A stretch of DNA of 64,000 bases from an uncultured Spirochaetota bacterium (GCA_963734545.1 CAVTHO010000004.1:320001-384000), one strand, 5' to 3'. Shown: positions 46,943 to 57,223, counted from the first letter of the stretch. Notes: generated by a model not told the origin, from the sequence alone. Program-made: numbers and translations.

Positions 46943-48885
46943 CGAGCAGAGCTCCAGAATGCAGCGGAGCTCCGCGTCGGCCGGAGCACCACGGGGCTCC
47001 GCGGCCGCTGCGGGCGGGGATGTTCCTGGCCCTGCTGCTGGGCATTCTGCAGGCCGTGCTCGGGCCTTCCCCCTCGTGGGGCCAGGTGCAGATCATCCGA
47101 GAGCTGCCCCAGACAGGAGAGAACCAGGCGCAGGCGGACTGGCGGCCGCCCCTGCCGTCCGTGCAGGCCGCTGCGCCGGAGGCAGGCCCCCTGCTCAGCG
47201 GTCGGATCAGCCTGGGCGCATCCGGCGGGGTGAATGACTCCGGAGCGCGGAGCTTCGATACGTTCACGGAGTCCAGCCTCTCGCTGCTGCTGCCCATGGG
47301 AGCCGGCAAAGGTTTCCTCCTGTCCGCTGACGCGAACCGCAATCCCCGGCTGGACGGCCTGGACCAGACGTACAAGGGAGACGCCAGGCTCACGTTTGAA
47401 GCGTGGCAGGCCGAGGTTGCCGGGGGCTATGTCCAGCATGCGAACAACCCGCCCGGCACGGGCACCTCGTCGAACGACACAACAGGTGACATACGCGCGG
47501 CGCTCACCCTCAGTATGATCCCGACCCTGCCGATAAGCGCGACCTACTCCTATCAGCAGCTCTCCCAGAAGCAGTCGGACTCCACGGGCGCCTCTTCCCT
47601 GACCACGGACCAGGGGCAGCACCAGGCGCAGCTCAAGGCAGTCGGCACCCTGGGTGAAGTCGGCGTGGACTCCGGCGCGAGCTTTTCCGACGTCACCGAC
47701 GACGCCAAGGGCATGCAGACCACGGGCTTCGACGGAAAAGTCGGTGTCACGGTGCCGGTGGCATCGTTCCTCAAGGCTTACGCCACTCTCATACCGAAGT
47801 ACAACGCAACCTCCTACTCGCAGACGGGCAATGACGTGACGACCACCAGCCTGGAGAGTGATGCCGGCGTGATCTTCCCCCTCTCGGATTCATTCTCGTT
47901 CCGGATGGGGGCCGGGAGGATCGACCAGTGGTCGAAGCAATCAGGGCCGTCCGCTGACACGGACCCCACGGTGCCCCCCTACAGCGTGACCTGGAAAGGG
48001 ACCGCGGGGGTCGAATGGAAGCAGCCAACCGGCTTCAATGCATCGTCCAACTACGCTTTTGGAAAGACGGTCTCCGGTCCCTATATCCACTCACTGGATG
48101 CCCTGGTTGCCTGGCATGGCGAGCAGAACGACGCGCTGAAAGATGTCCAGGTCGGGGGAACAGACGCGGTTTCAGTGGATAACTGGGGCACACCGGTGAA
48201 CAACCAGGCAACCTGGAAGGCGTCACTGGGATTTGGCGATCAGAGCGCGCTCGCCGTGGCCGCAAGCTACACCGGAAGCGCGAGCGGCATCTCACAGATC
48301 TCGCTGACAAACACGGCGCACGCGGGGGTCACCGACCAGGTTGTGTCCTGGTTCTCCTGGTCGGCGAGCGGCGACCTCTCCCACTCAAAGGCCCCTGACG
48401 CGCAGGCGACATTTCTGCAGACCTACCAGGGCAAGGTCACCGTGACGCCTCGATTCGGAGACAGCGTGGTGACATTTGCCGCGGATGACGCCCTCTCCCT
48501 GGACCTGGTGGCGAGCCCGGACCTGATCGTGTCCAAGGCGGGAGCAGAGGTCTCCGCACCGGTGCTGTCGTTCCTTACCACACGGTACCGGTTCGACTGG
48601 GAATGGGACAGCGTGCCGTTCCCCGACGCGTCCGGGCCGGACAGCAACTTCCGCAACGCGCTCGGGCTCACCTTCAGCGGCCAGGGCCAGCCCGTTTCCC
48701 TTACCACCGAATACGCCCTGTCCTTCGGATTTCGGGGGCTTCGTCACGACGGCACCCTCGCGCTGACCGCGAATCTCTGGCAAGGGTTCGCCCTGACCAT
48801 GGCAGTCAGCGTCAGCGAGTACGAGTCCGGAGGCAAGCCGAACCTTCCCTTCCTGGCGCGGTTGAGCGGCACCTACACGTTCTAG
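46939..48885 (+). CDS. Predicted outer-membrane beta-barrel protein
   Basis: Hydrophobic signal-like segment, many amphipathic alternating strands, C-terminal beta-signal RLSGTYTF. GTGA overlap with the FN3 gene; alternative start at 47020. Confidence 0.65.
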   Translation: MTSRAPECSGAPRRPEHHGAPRPLRAGMFLALLLGILQAVLGPSPSWGQVQIIRELPQTGENQAQADWRPPLPSVQAAAPEAGPLLSGRISLGASGGVNDSGARSFDTFTESSLSLLLPMGAGKGFLLSADANRNPRLDGLDQTYKGDARLTFEAWQAEVAGGYVQHANNPPGTGTSSNDTTGDIRAALTLSMIPTLPISATYSYQQLSQKQSDSTGASSLTTDQGQHQAQLKAVGTLGEVGVDSGASFSDVTDDAKGMQTTGFDGKVGVTVPVASFLKAYATLIPKYNATSYSQTGNDVTTTSLESDAGVIFPLSDSFSFRMGAGRIDQWSKQSGPSADTDPTVPPYSVTWKGTAGVEWKQPTGFNASSNYAFGKTVSGPYIHSLDALVAWHGEQNDALKDVQVGGTDAVSVDNWGTPVNNQATWKASLGFGDQSALAVAASYTGSASGISQISLTNTAHAGVTDQVVSWFSWSASGDLSHSKAPDAQATFLQTYQGKVTVTPRFGDSVVTFAADDALSLDLVASPDLIVSKAGAEVSAPVLSFLTTRYRFDWEWDSVPFPDASGPDSNFRNALGLTFSGQGQPVSLTTEYALSFGFRGLRHDGTLALTANLWQGFALTMAVSVSEYESGGKPNLPFLARLSGTYTF

Positions 48886-48925
48886 ATCGGACCGCCCACG
48901 GCAGGCGCGCGGCAATCCGCTGCGC

Positions 48926-50170
48926 TCAGCCTCCCCGGGCAGCGGCCTTTGGCGCCCTGCCCTGCATATCCGGGGATTCCTTCAGGGAGAACATAAGAAC
49001 ACCGCTCCCCGCAAGCAGAATGGCCAGGCCGATGAACGAGGGGATATAGGAGTTGTTGAACGCGCCTCTCAGGGCATCCATGAGCACGATCAGCAGGCCC
49101 GAGGCCTGGACCACGAGCGCAAAAATGCCGTTGCTCGTTCCTTCAGGGGCAGGATGCGTGATTTCCGCGCCGTACTGATAGGCAACGGGAGTCATGCCGG
49201 TCACGCAGAACCCCAGGAAGAAGAACGCCACGGCCTCGAACACGAAGCCGGTTCCGAACGCGAGCCCGAGTGTCGCAAGAACTCCCACAAAAAGCCCGGC
49301 GAGCAGCACAGGCTTGCGGCGCCGTATCCCGTCCGAGACCGCGGGCATCACCACGCTGCCGACTATGCCCCCCAGCAGAAGCAGCGCGGTCAGGAGCACG
49401 CCCTGGTCGATGGTCAGACCCTTCTCCTTGCCCAGGCCGTCTATCAGGGTGAAGACCCCGTTCACGATCGCGCTGGCCAGGAAAAGCGCGAGGGACAGGA
49501 AATAGACGTTGCGGTTTCGCAGAATCTGCTTCAGCCCGTCGAACACGAGCACGCGCACCTCTTCCCCGGGCGGGCTGGCAGGTGTGGGAGGCTTGGCGCG
49601 CGCGAATACCAGAAACACGACCGCGGCGGCCGCCGCGGCGATGCCGTAGGCGAGCTGCATGCCGCCGAAGCCGAAACCGGCGACCATGCCCGGGCCCAGG
49701 GATTCTCCCAGGCCGATTCCGAGAAACAGCGAAAGGAATATCACTCCCGTTATCGTGGCGCGCTGCTTCTGCGGAAACCATTCCGCGGCCAGCTTCGTGA
49801 AGGCGTTCAGGAGAAAGGGTTGTCCGATCGAGATGCCGATCGTTCCGATGAGGGCGGCCGTGTAGCTGAGCGGAAAAGCCGCCCGCAGCAGGCCGAACAC
49901 CGCCATGAGCGCTGCGCCGAACCCGACCGCCTTTTTGAAGCCGAAAGTGTCGATTGCCCACGCGGCAGGAAAGGCAATCGGGATGTAGATGAGCAGGAAC
50001 AGGTTGGCCAGGAGATCCACGTCGTCTCTCCGCACGCCGTACGCGGCCGCCGCGATCGAGGCGATGGGCGCATAGCAGATCCAGAGGACCTGCACCATCA
50101 CGTTGATCAGCATGAAGGAGGCCAGGACAACCCATCGATAGGGATAGAGCTTCACTTCGGACCGCGCCAT
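48926..50170 (-). CDS. MFS transporter
   Basis: About 12 TM segments, YPYRWVVL, AEWFP, SDGIRRRKP. Confidence 0.88.
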   Translation of the reverse strand: MARSEVKLYPYRWVVLASFMLINVMVQVLWICYAPIASIAAAAYGVRRDDVDLLANLFLLIYIPIAFPAAWAIDTFGFKKAVGFGAALMAVFGLLRAAFPLSYTAALIGTIGISIGQPFLLNAFTKLAAEWFPQKQRATITGVIFLSLFLGIGLGESLGPGMVAGFGFGGMQLAYGIAAAAAAVVFLVFARAKPPTPASPPGEEVRVLVFDGLKQILRNRNVYFLSLALFLASAIVNGVFTLIDGLGKEKGLTIDQGVLLTALLLLGGIVGSVVMPAVSDGIRRRKPVLLAGLFVGVLATLGLAFGTGFVFEAVAFFFLGFCVTGMTPVAYQYGAEITHPAPEGTSNGIFALVVQASGLLIVLMDALRGAFNNSYIPSFIGLAILLAGSGVLMFSLKESPDMQGRAPKAAARGG

Positions 50171-50190
50171 GCACGCACCTCCTGATCTGT

Positions 50191-51003
50191 CTATTTCACT
50201 CCGTAGAAACCGGCCAGGATGCTCAGGAAAAGCCTGTCAGGGATTATCCGGCGAGCAACCGGGGCAATCCGCTCCACGAGGGGTCCGGGGGTATAGCGGA
50301 AGCGCGGCCGCCTGGACCGGGCCACCCGCTCGACAAGACGCGCGATGCGCTCGACCTTCCAGCCGCGGAGCTCGCTCTCCGCCTGGGCATGCATGGCAGC
50401 GCTCAGGTTCCGCCGGTAGGGAGAATCTTTTCCGGTTCCCTGCGATTCTTTTCTGTGCAGGGTGATTTCCGTGAGGACGTCGCCGGGATCTATCACGACG
50501 ACACGGACTCCGAAGGCTCGTACCTCCATCTGGAGAGACTCCGAGTAGCCTTCGATTCCATGCTTTGTTGCGCTGTATGCGGACTGGAAAGGCACGCCCA
50601 TCAGGCCGGCGAGGGACCCCATGTTGACGATGAGCCCGGCCTTCCTGGTCCGCATCCCGGGAAGCACCGCGCGGCAGGAACGGATCAGACCGAGAAGATT
50701 CGTCTCGATCTGGTCCCGGATCTCCTCGATCAGCATTTCTTCGGCTGACCCGCCGACGACGATACCGGCGCAATTCACCAGGACGTCTATCCGGCCCGCT
50801 TCCCGCATGACCCGGGAAACGCAGTCGTTGACGGACCTCTCATCGCGCACATCCATGTGAATCAGGGGAAAGGGCTCGCCTTCAGCGGGAGCGCTCCGCG
50901 CGCAGCCGAACACGCGGGAGCCGGATGCGGCAAGCCTCCGCGCGCAGGCTTTGCCGATGCCCGAAGATGCACCTGTCACCAGGACCACAGGCGGATCGCC
51001 CAA
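50191..51003 (-). CDS. SDR family oxidoreductase
   Basis: TGASSGIG, NCAG, YSATK. TTG start with SD AGGAG. Confidence 0.88.
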   Translation of the reverse strand: MGDPPVVLVTGASSGIGKACARRLAASGSRVFGCARSAPAEGEPFPLIHMDVRDERSVNDCVSRVMREAGRIDVLVNCAGIVVGGSAEEMLIEEIRDQIETNLLGLIRSCRAVLPGMRTRKAGLIVNMGSLAGLMGVPFQSAYSATKHGIEGYSESLQMEVRAFGVRVVVIDPGDVLTEITLHRKESQGTGKDSPYRRNLSAAMHAQAESELRGWKVERIARLVERVARSRRPRFRYTPGPLVERIAPVARRIIPDRLFLSILAGFYGVK

Positions 51004-51138
51004 CTGTTTTCTCCTGGTGGAAAATACTTACAATTGACTCTGACGGAAAGTTTATTGGCGCGGGCTCTCGCCCCGCCGACGGCGCCTTCCTCGGCGGCTG
51101 CCTTTGCCCAGGCGGCCGCCCTTCCCCTGGCAGCGGCC

Positions 51139-51768
51139 TTACCCCAGGCGGCGGATGAGCTCCCGTTTGCCTTCGTCCGCGAACTCGGGCATGCTCTGCA
51201 GCCTCTGCCGGAGCGCGCGGTCGGACGACCTGCCGTGGTAGAGGTCCAGGACCGAGGCAATGCTGATACCTTCCGGGTTTCTTTTCACGAGGTCGAAGCT
51301 GTCCCCCGCCCGGACCAGGCCCTCCTCCAGCGTGCGCATGTGAAAACCGCACTTCCCGCTCTCTTTTGCCAGGCGATGCAGGGAAGGGATGTCCGTGATC
51401 CGGTCGATGGTGGGGCAGGGGTCACGCGGCAGGGTGACCTGCGCGAGCGCGCCGCCGATCCGGATGATATCGCCGATGCAGATCTCCTGTTCCCGCACGC
51501 CTTCGACCGTCAGGTTTTCGCTGAATGCGCCAAACAGCAATTCGTAGCCGTGCACGGAATTCCACCAGGCGTAGTGTTCGGCCGGGTACACGCAGGCCGT
51601 GCGGTCGGGGCCCCCGTGATGGCGGCGGTCGGCCACCCCGTCGCCTTCGAAGCCGTCGAACCGCAGGATGGCGCCGGCCGCGGAAGCCTTGGCTCCTCCG
51701 GTGAACAATGTCCCGGATTGACGCGTCTCCGACCGGGGAACCCCCACGTGAATCGACACGACAATCAT
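51139..51768 (-). CDS. MOSC domain protein (YiiM-like)
   Basis: GDGVADRRHHGG, FSENL, PRDPC, CGFHMRTLEEG. Confidence 0.85.
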   Translation of the reverse strand: MIVVSIHVGVPRSETRQSGTLFTGGAKASAAGAILRFDGFEGDGVADRRHHGGPDRTACVYPAEHYAWWNSVHGYELLFGAFSENLTVEGVREQEICIGDIIRIGGALAQVTLPRDPCPTIDRITDIPSLHRLAKESGKCGFHMRTLEEGLVRAGDSFDLVKRNPEGISIASVLDLYHGRSSDRALRQRLQSMPEFADEGKRELIRRLG

Positions 51769-51791
51769 GCGGCCCGCGTGTCCGGGTTCAC

Positions 51792-52496
51792 TCAATCCGT
51801 GATCTCCAGCTTGATGCGCTTGTTGATTTTCCCCTTGCTCTCGTAGCCGGCCACCTTGATGGTGCCCACCTCGCGGGTATTGGCCACGTGCGTCCCGCCG
51901 TCAGCCTGCAGGTCGAGACCCTGGATCTCGACGATCCGCACTTCCCGGATGCCTTCCGGGAGGAGGTTGATCCTGGTGCGGATGAGATCCGGGATCTGGA
52001 AGGCATCCTCCCGGGGGAGGACCTTCACCAGGACGGGCCGGGCCGCCGCTACTTCGGCATTGATGCGCGTTTCGATCTCCGCCACCAGCTCGTGCCCCAG
52101 AGTCTCGAACTCGAAGTCCATCCGCCCCTTCAGCGGCTCCATGTTGCCGCCCGTCACCTGCGCCTTCCAGTCGCGCCAGACCACGCCGCAGAGGATGTGG
52201 AAGGCCGTGTGCGTTCGCATGAGCCGGTAGCGCAGGTCCCAGTCCAGCTTCCCGGAGACGGTGCTGCCGGGCGCAGGAGGCTCACCGTCGAGCCAGTGCC
52301 ACACCGCGTCACCCTGACGGCCCGTGCGGAGCACGGGGATTCCGTTCAACCAGCCCCGGTCATATGGCTGGCCTCCCCCACCCGGGAAGAAGGCGGTCTT
52401 GTCCAGGGCAACCGAGCGCTCGCCGGCATTGACCTCCACGATCTTTGCCTCGAATTCCTTCAGGTATGAGTCCCGATGGCAGAGAAGGTCCGTCAT
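51792..52496 (-). CDS. alaX: Alanyl-tRNA editing protein AlaX
   Basis: TAFFPGGGGQPYD, MRTHTAFH, LQADGGTHV. Own SD GGAGGA and promoter TTGTCT-17-TATTCT. Confidence 0.88.
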   Translation of the reverse strand: MTDLLCHRDSYLKEFEAKIVEVNAGERSVALDKTAFFPGGGGQPYDRGWLNGIPVLRTGRQGDAVWHWLDGEPPAPGSTVSGKLDWDLRYRLMRTHTAFHILCGVVWRDWKAQVTGGNMEPLKGRMDFEFETLGHELVAEIETRINAEVAAARPVLVKVLPREDAFQIPDLIRTRINLLPEGIREVRIVEIQGLDLQADGGTHVANTREVGTIKVAGYESKGKINKRIKLEITD

Positions 52497-52582
52497 AGAA
52501 TCCTCCGGGTGAAGAATACGCCCGGGGTGCCCGGCAGACAAGACACGAGCGAGCGTGATCGCCGCGGTCGAACCGCCGCGCG

Positions 52583-53561
52583 CTATCGCGGCGCGGAGCG
52601 GCAGAGCCGGAAGCCGCGCACGAAGTGTATGTTGAATCCCCAGTTCGGATCGAGCCATTGCCCGGGCTGAAGCCCGCACGAAATAGGGATCGCTGCCGAA
52701 GAATCCGCCGCGCACCACGCGCACATTGTAGCCGTTGGATCCTGAGTAGCCGCTTTCCTCGTCTCCGCCCTTTGGATTGTCCCGAGGCGATTTCGAATAG
52801 TAGGCTTCGTCGAACAGGTCGTTGCACCATTGCATGACGTTTCCCCCCATGTCATGCAGACCAAGCGCGTTGGAAGGGAAAGTACCCACCGGCATTGTCC
52901 GGCCCCGGCTTTTCCCGGTTTCAGAATAACCCTTCTTGCAGTCCCTGCTTCCGTTGAAGTTGATTTCTTTGGGGCTCGCCCTGTTCTTGCCGTTCCCGAA
53001 TCTTATCCTCTTCCCCCGCTCCCGCGCCGCATACTCCCATTCCGCTTCAGTGGGCAGACGGTACCCGTCCGCGCTCCAATCCTCGGTCACTTCATGTCCA
53101 TCCACGTATACCCATACGACTGACTCGGGGCCGCGCGCGGTTTCATGAAGCCAGACCTGCGTGACCCCGCTTCCCTTGATGTCATAGAATGGCGCGAGTC
53201 CTTCTTTTCTGCTGAGCCAGTTGCAGTATTTGACGGCATCGTTCCAGCTTACATCGCTCACCGGCCGCTTTCCCCTGCCCCAGCCCTGGTCTTCAGGTTT
53301 CCCGCGGCCCGTGTCGGCGCAGAAAGCGTCGAACTCCTCGAATGTCACGCAGTAATTGCCCAGGTAGAAGCTGTCCAATGTGACGGTATGCACCGGAACT
53401 TCGATCGAGCTCGCCCCGCCGTCCCCGAATGTATCGCCCATCTCGAACGTGCCGCCAGGGATAAGAACCATCCGGCTGGGCGAATTGTCGGCACCCCGCG
53501 GTGCGAACGCCAGAATCGCACAGAGGGACAGCGCGGCGAATGTAATCATTGACTTTATCAT
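52583..53561 (-). CDS. Exported formylglycine-generating enzyme (SUMF1/FGE-sulfatase) domain protein (frameshift near 52640)
   Basis: IPGGTFEMG, YRLPTEAEWEYAAR, GLHDMGGNV, RVVRGG. The GFRL terminus lies in the frame of ORF 52583-52864. Confidence 0.85.
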
Positions 53562-53655
53562 CTGCGGCTTCTGCCTGGAGCCTTATAGCCGATCGGACGA
53601 GGCGCTGTCTTTGGACGGAACGGTTTTTCTGTGCACTATTCGATCTGGCAGGCGG

Positions 53656-55071
53656 CTAGAAGCTGACCGCGCCAATCGTAAGCTTCATCGAAAGAGAAAA
53701 CCGGCCGAAAAGCGATACGAACTCCGTGTTGTCCCCGCCATAGCTGATATACGGCGCGAAGGTCAACGTGAAGTATCGAAAGGGCGTAAAGGAGATGCTG
53801 GGGCTTGTCACGCCGGAGCCGTCACTCAGGTTGCCCTCGTAGAACAGCGCAAGGTCCACGCGCGAGTTCAGGATGTCCGTCCAGCTCGCGCGCGCGGCAA
53901 GGTAGTTCCTCCCCGGCTGAAATACATCGGCCTGCGAGAGGGCGGGCCCGAGGGGCGGCATGCCCCGGAGCTGAAGGGCGTATGCGGAGAAAGCGGCTCG
54001 CTCCTTCGCGTGGTCCGCATATCCCTGCCCGTTGTAGTAGTACTGGGCTGTGATGGACAAGTGCCAGTCGGTCTGAAGGTAGCGGACGCCGATCGTTCCA
54101 CTGAAGGTGGGGGTCGTTGTATCCGAGGAGGTCTGGAAAGCGCCCGGCGCGCCGGCGATCTCCTGGGCGAGGATCCGGTCCATTCCACGGCTCAGAACGC
54201 CCTCCGCGAAGAGCCCGAGCTGTGCAAAGAGAGACCCTGTTGCGGTCATCATGGCCTTCGGCCTCTGGCTGTTCTGATAGTAGGCGCCGAGACCGATCTC
54301 CCAGCCTCCCAGGAGCACCTCGATTCTTGGCGCGACGGCGAAATCGTCCAGGCGGAACGTTCCGTCTCGGGCGAATTCCTGGTTGGCAACGACATAGAGA
54401 TAGAGGTTGTCGACGTCGGCGAACGGCGCGTTGATCTTCAGGGCCAGGGGCCCCGGCCTCTCCAGATCGGGCCGCAGGGGGTCGATGGGAGTGAGGCTGA
54501 TGATGTCCGCCGGGCTGAAGAAGTACCCCACTCCCCAGTTCACGACCTGCTGGCCGGCGCGGAAATAGAGCCTGTCGTTCCAGTTGATGTCGGCGTATAC
54601 CTCGAAGACGGAGAAGCTCGGAACCGCGGGCGTTCCCGGGCCGGAGACCGGGCTGCTGAACGGGTAGGCGGCCTTGAACCTGGTGAAGACCCGCACCGTC
54701 TCAAAAGGCCGGGCGTCGAAATAGAGGTCTGCCTCGAGATTCGGAACGAACCGGCTGGACACTCCCGCCGAAAGATTCGCGGTATCCGGGTAGGAGTCGT
54801 TCCACGTCAGGAACCCAGTGTAGTCCGAGTAGAGGGCGCCGCCGACTTCCACGGCCCTGGCTTGAAAGAGTGGGACGGACGCGGCGGTCCCGGGGGCAGG
54901 CGGCGGGGAGGGAGCGTTCTGCGTGGTGTCACCGGCGCCCGTCTCGAACATGGAGTCTGGATCGTCCGGGATCGCGGGCGGCGCGGCCGCCTCGCCTGCC
55001 GCCGATTGCGGACTCACCGCGGAGGTCAGCACGAGCAGGGCTGAGAGGAGGATGGAGATGAGATGTTTCAT
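53656..55071 (-). CDS. Predicted outer-membrane beta-barrel-like protein
   Basis: Signal peptide, RAGQQVVNWGVGYFFSPAD, aromatic amphipathic strands, C-terminal Phe. Confidence 0.6.
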   Translation of the reverse strand: MKHLISILLSALLVLTSAVSPQSAAGEAAAPPAIPDDPDSMFETGAGDTTQNAPSPPPAPGTAASVPLFQARAVEVGGALYSDYTGFLTWNDSYPDTANLSAGVSSRFVPNLEADLYFDARPFETVRVFTRFKAAYPFSSPVSGPGTPAVPSFSVFEVYADINWNDRLYFRAGQQVVNWGVGYFFSPADIISLTPIDPLRPDLERPGPLALKINAPFADVDNLYLYVVANQEFARDGTFRLDDFAVAPRIEVLLGGWEIGLGAYYQNSQRPKAMMTATGSLFAQLGLFAEGVLSRGMDRILAQEIAGAPGAFQTSSDTTTPTFSGTIGVRYLQTDWHLSITAQYYYNGQGYADHAKERAAFSAYALQLRGMPPLGPALSQADVFQPGRNYLAARASWTDILNSRVDLALFYEGNLSDGSGVTSPSISFTPFRYFTLTFAPYISYGGDNTEFVSLFGRFSLSMKLTIGAVSF

Positions 55072-55074
55072 TTG

Positions 55075-55833
55075 CTACCTGCTCGCGCTTTCCAGGAAGG
55101 CTTTTGTGAAGGTGGCGCCTGCCAGCGGCTGAATCGACGGCTCGGAGAGAGTCATCTGGGTCCTGCTGCCCTTGTTCAGCTCATCCACGAACAGCATGCG
55201 GGTGGCGACGTACTGGCTGCCCAGCTCCGCGTAGGTCGGATAGTAGGCGCTGCGTATGAGCCGCCTCGAGAGGCTGTAGTCCTCGGACTTGAGGATGAGG
55301 CCGAGGTCCTTTCTCACCCAGATGCGCTTCCAGGGATAGGTGACCTCGGCGTTCGTCCCCTTCAGCTCCAGGATGTAGACCGTGTACGCGCCGAGAGTCC
55401 CTTCCTTCCCGCTCTCCACGGAATAGTCCCGCGCATAGTTGGTACGATAGAAATCGCTGTTCATCGCATCCGAGCTCTGCCAGTTCTCCCTGAGGGAGGA
55501 ATGAGTGAACAGGCGGCTCTGGGGGTCGTAGAACCAGAGGTTGTTGTCCACCTCCAGGTATCCCTGGCCCTTCTTTGCAGGGGGGGCAATGACGAGGATC
55601 GAGAACTTGCCTTCGCTGTCACGCCTGAACATCCGCGCCTGCATGGTGACGGTATCCTCACCGGTCCGCTCCACGACCGCCGTGTAGACCCCCGCGAAAT
55701 CGGTCGGAAAGTTCGTGATGGTGTCGATCCTCCTGAGGATGCCCGCGAGGTCAGGGTCGGCCCAGGAAACCGCGCCACCCAGGGAAGCGGCCATGACAAA
55801 GAGCACACGCAAGGTCCGCACTGATATTCGCAT
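55075..55833 (-). CDS. Outer-membrane lipoprotein-sorting (LolA-like) protein
   Basis: Signal peptide. KGQGYLEVDNNLWFYDP, YPWKRIWVRK and FTKAFLE are typical of this family. Confidence 0.75.
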   Translation of the reverse strand: MRISVRTLRVLFVMAASLGGAVSWADPDLAGILRRIDTITNFPTDFAGVYTAVVERTGEDTVTMQARMFRRDSEGKFSILVIAPPAKKGQGYLEVDNNLWFYDPQSRLFTHSSLRENWQSSDAMNSDFYRTNYARDYSVESGKEGTLGAYTVYILELKGTNAEVTYPWKRIWVRKDLGLILKSEDYSLSRRLIRSAYYPTYAELGSQYVATRMLFVDELNKGSRTQMTLSEPSIQPLAGATFTKAFLESASR

Positions 55834-55851
55834 TTTCGTTTTCCTTTCCGG

Positions 55852-57213
55852 TCAAGTGACGGCCGCGAGGGCTTGCGCGGGCAGAAGCCGCGCTGCCGAT
55901 CGAGCGGGAAACAGCGCCGCGAGCATTGTCAGCAGCGCCACGAGAAGAAGCTGGGCGATGGTCTGGGCGGCCGGCGGGGCGAAGCTCAGGCGGCCCGCCT
56001 GGAGCATCATGGCGAATGTTCCCGGCCCGAAGTCGACGAGGCGCAGGGCCCCCATGATGAGAGCGGCCCCCCCGAGGCCGGCACACACTCCGCCGAGGAA
56101 GAGGAGAAGCGCCTCCAGCAGGAAAAGGTCCCGCACGGAGCGCCGCTTCATGCCGAGGGCGCGCATGGTCCCGATCTCCCGCGTGCGCTCCACGATCACC
56201 ATGCGGAATGTATTGGTGATGCCCACGAGGATGATCACGAACAGCACGAGCAGGACGGCGAACGCCATGCCGTTGACCGCGGCCACCATCTGCGGGAGCT
56301 GTGCCTGCGAGAGGATGTCGTCGAGGGTATACAACCGGTACTTCATCCCCTCCCAGGGGGTGTCACCCGCCTGCTTGATGAGGGACTGGAACATCTGTGC
56401 CGCCGGATTCTGTTCGTGCTGCTTGAGCATGGCGCGTATCGGGTCCGCATTCTGCCCGCGGCGCGAGCGGTCCATCACCGCCACACGCGCGGAGAGCGCC
56501 CGGTAGATGCGGGCAGCGTCCGCCTCCATGGCATCCCGATTCCGGAGCAGGATCCCCAGCGTCTGGTATTCGCCAGGGCCGATGTTGACCAGCGAGTTCA
56601 CGTACGGGAGATCCGCGTAGGCGTCGAGAGTGTCGGAGAATCCGGAATCCTGGCTGATCGCCGCAACCTGGAAGTCCCCCACGTTCACCTGGCCGGTGAC
56701 GGTCCGCAGCTGGACGACCAGGGAGTCGCCAAGCCTTGCGTCCAGCTTCTGGGCAGTCTTCCTGCTGATGACGATTCCCTTTGGATTGCTCATCCCGGCA
56801 AAGGTGCCTTCCCGCAGGGTCAGCCGGTCCTTCAGCAGTGTGTCCCCCGACCACTCCACGCCCACCACCTGCTGGACAACCTTTTTGTCGCGGTACATGA
56901 GCGTTCCGAGGAAGCCCGAGCTTCTCGTGAGCCTGTCCACGGAGGCCGCCGACTCGCTGATCGAGGCCAGGAGCGCCCCATCGTCATGGATCACGCTCAC
57001 CCGCTTTCCCGTGGTCGTCCTCTCCAGCCCCTGGATGAATACCTGGCCGCCGAAGAGATGGGAGAAATTATCCGCTATGTTCCGCTGGAAGCCTCCGGCG
57101 GCAGCGTTCACGAGCGTCACGATCAGCAGGCCGAACGCGATTGCCCCTCCGAGGAGAAAGCTCCGCTTCTTCTGCCGGTTCAGGTTCCTGAATGCGATAC
57201 GGATGATATGCAT
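55852..57213 (-). CDS. FtsX/MacB (LolC/E-like) ABC permease
   Basis: IAFRNL...RS N-terminus, large periplasmic loop, ERTREIGTMRALG. Confidence 0.88.
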   Translation of the reverse strand: MHIIRIAFRNLNRQKKRSFLLGGAIAFGLLIVTLVNAAAGGFQRNIADNFSHLFGGQVFIQGLERTTTGKRVSVIHDDGALLASISESAASVDRLTRSSGFLGTLMYRDKKVVQQVVGVEWSGDTLLKDRLTLREGTFAGMSNPKGIVISRKTAQKLDARLGDSLVVQLRTVTGQVNVGDFQVAAISQDSGFSDTLDAYADLPYVNSLVNIGPGEYQTLGILLRNRDAMEADAARIYRALSARVAVMDRSRRGQNADPIRAMLKQHEQNPAAQMFQSLIKQAGDTPWEGMKYRLYTLDDILSQAQLPQMVAAVNGMAFAVLLVLFVIILVGITNTFRMVIVERTREIGTMRALGMKRRSVRDLFLLEALLLFLGGVCAGLGGAALIMGALRLVDFGPGTFAMMLQAGRLSFAPPAAQTIAQLLLVALLTMLAALFPARSAARLLPAQALAAVT

Positions 57214-57223
57214 GCCTGCTCTC

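Noticed and set aside
51093-51154. Imperfect 18-nt tandem repeat (about 3.5 copies) across the MOSC stop codon
   Set aside because: Short, degenerate and GC-rich. No supportable function.
52583-52760. FGE C-terminus as a diversity-generating retroelement variable region
   Set aside because: The FGE fold is a known DGR target, but I see no template repeat or reverse transcriptase in the window. It cannot be excluded in trans.
51792-53561. Apparent 589-aa FGE-AlaX fusion in the ORF track
   Set aside because: A 1-nt frameshift near 52640 reads through the intergenic region. The FGE GFRL terminus and stop are in another frame (52583), and AlaX has its own SD and promoter.
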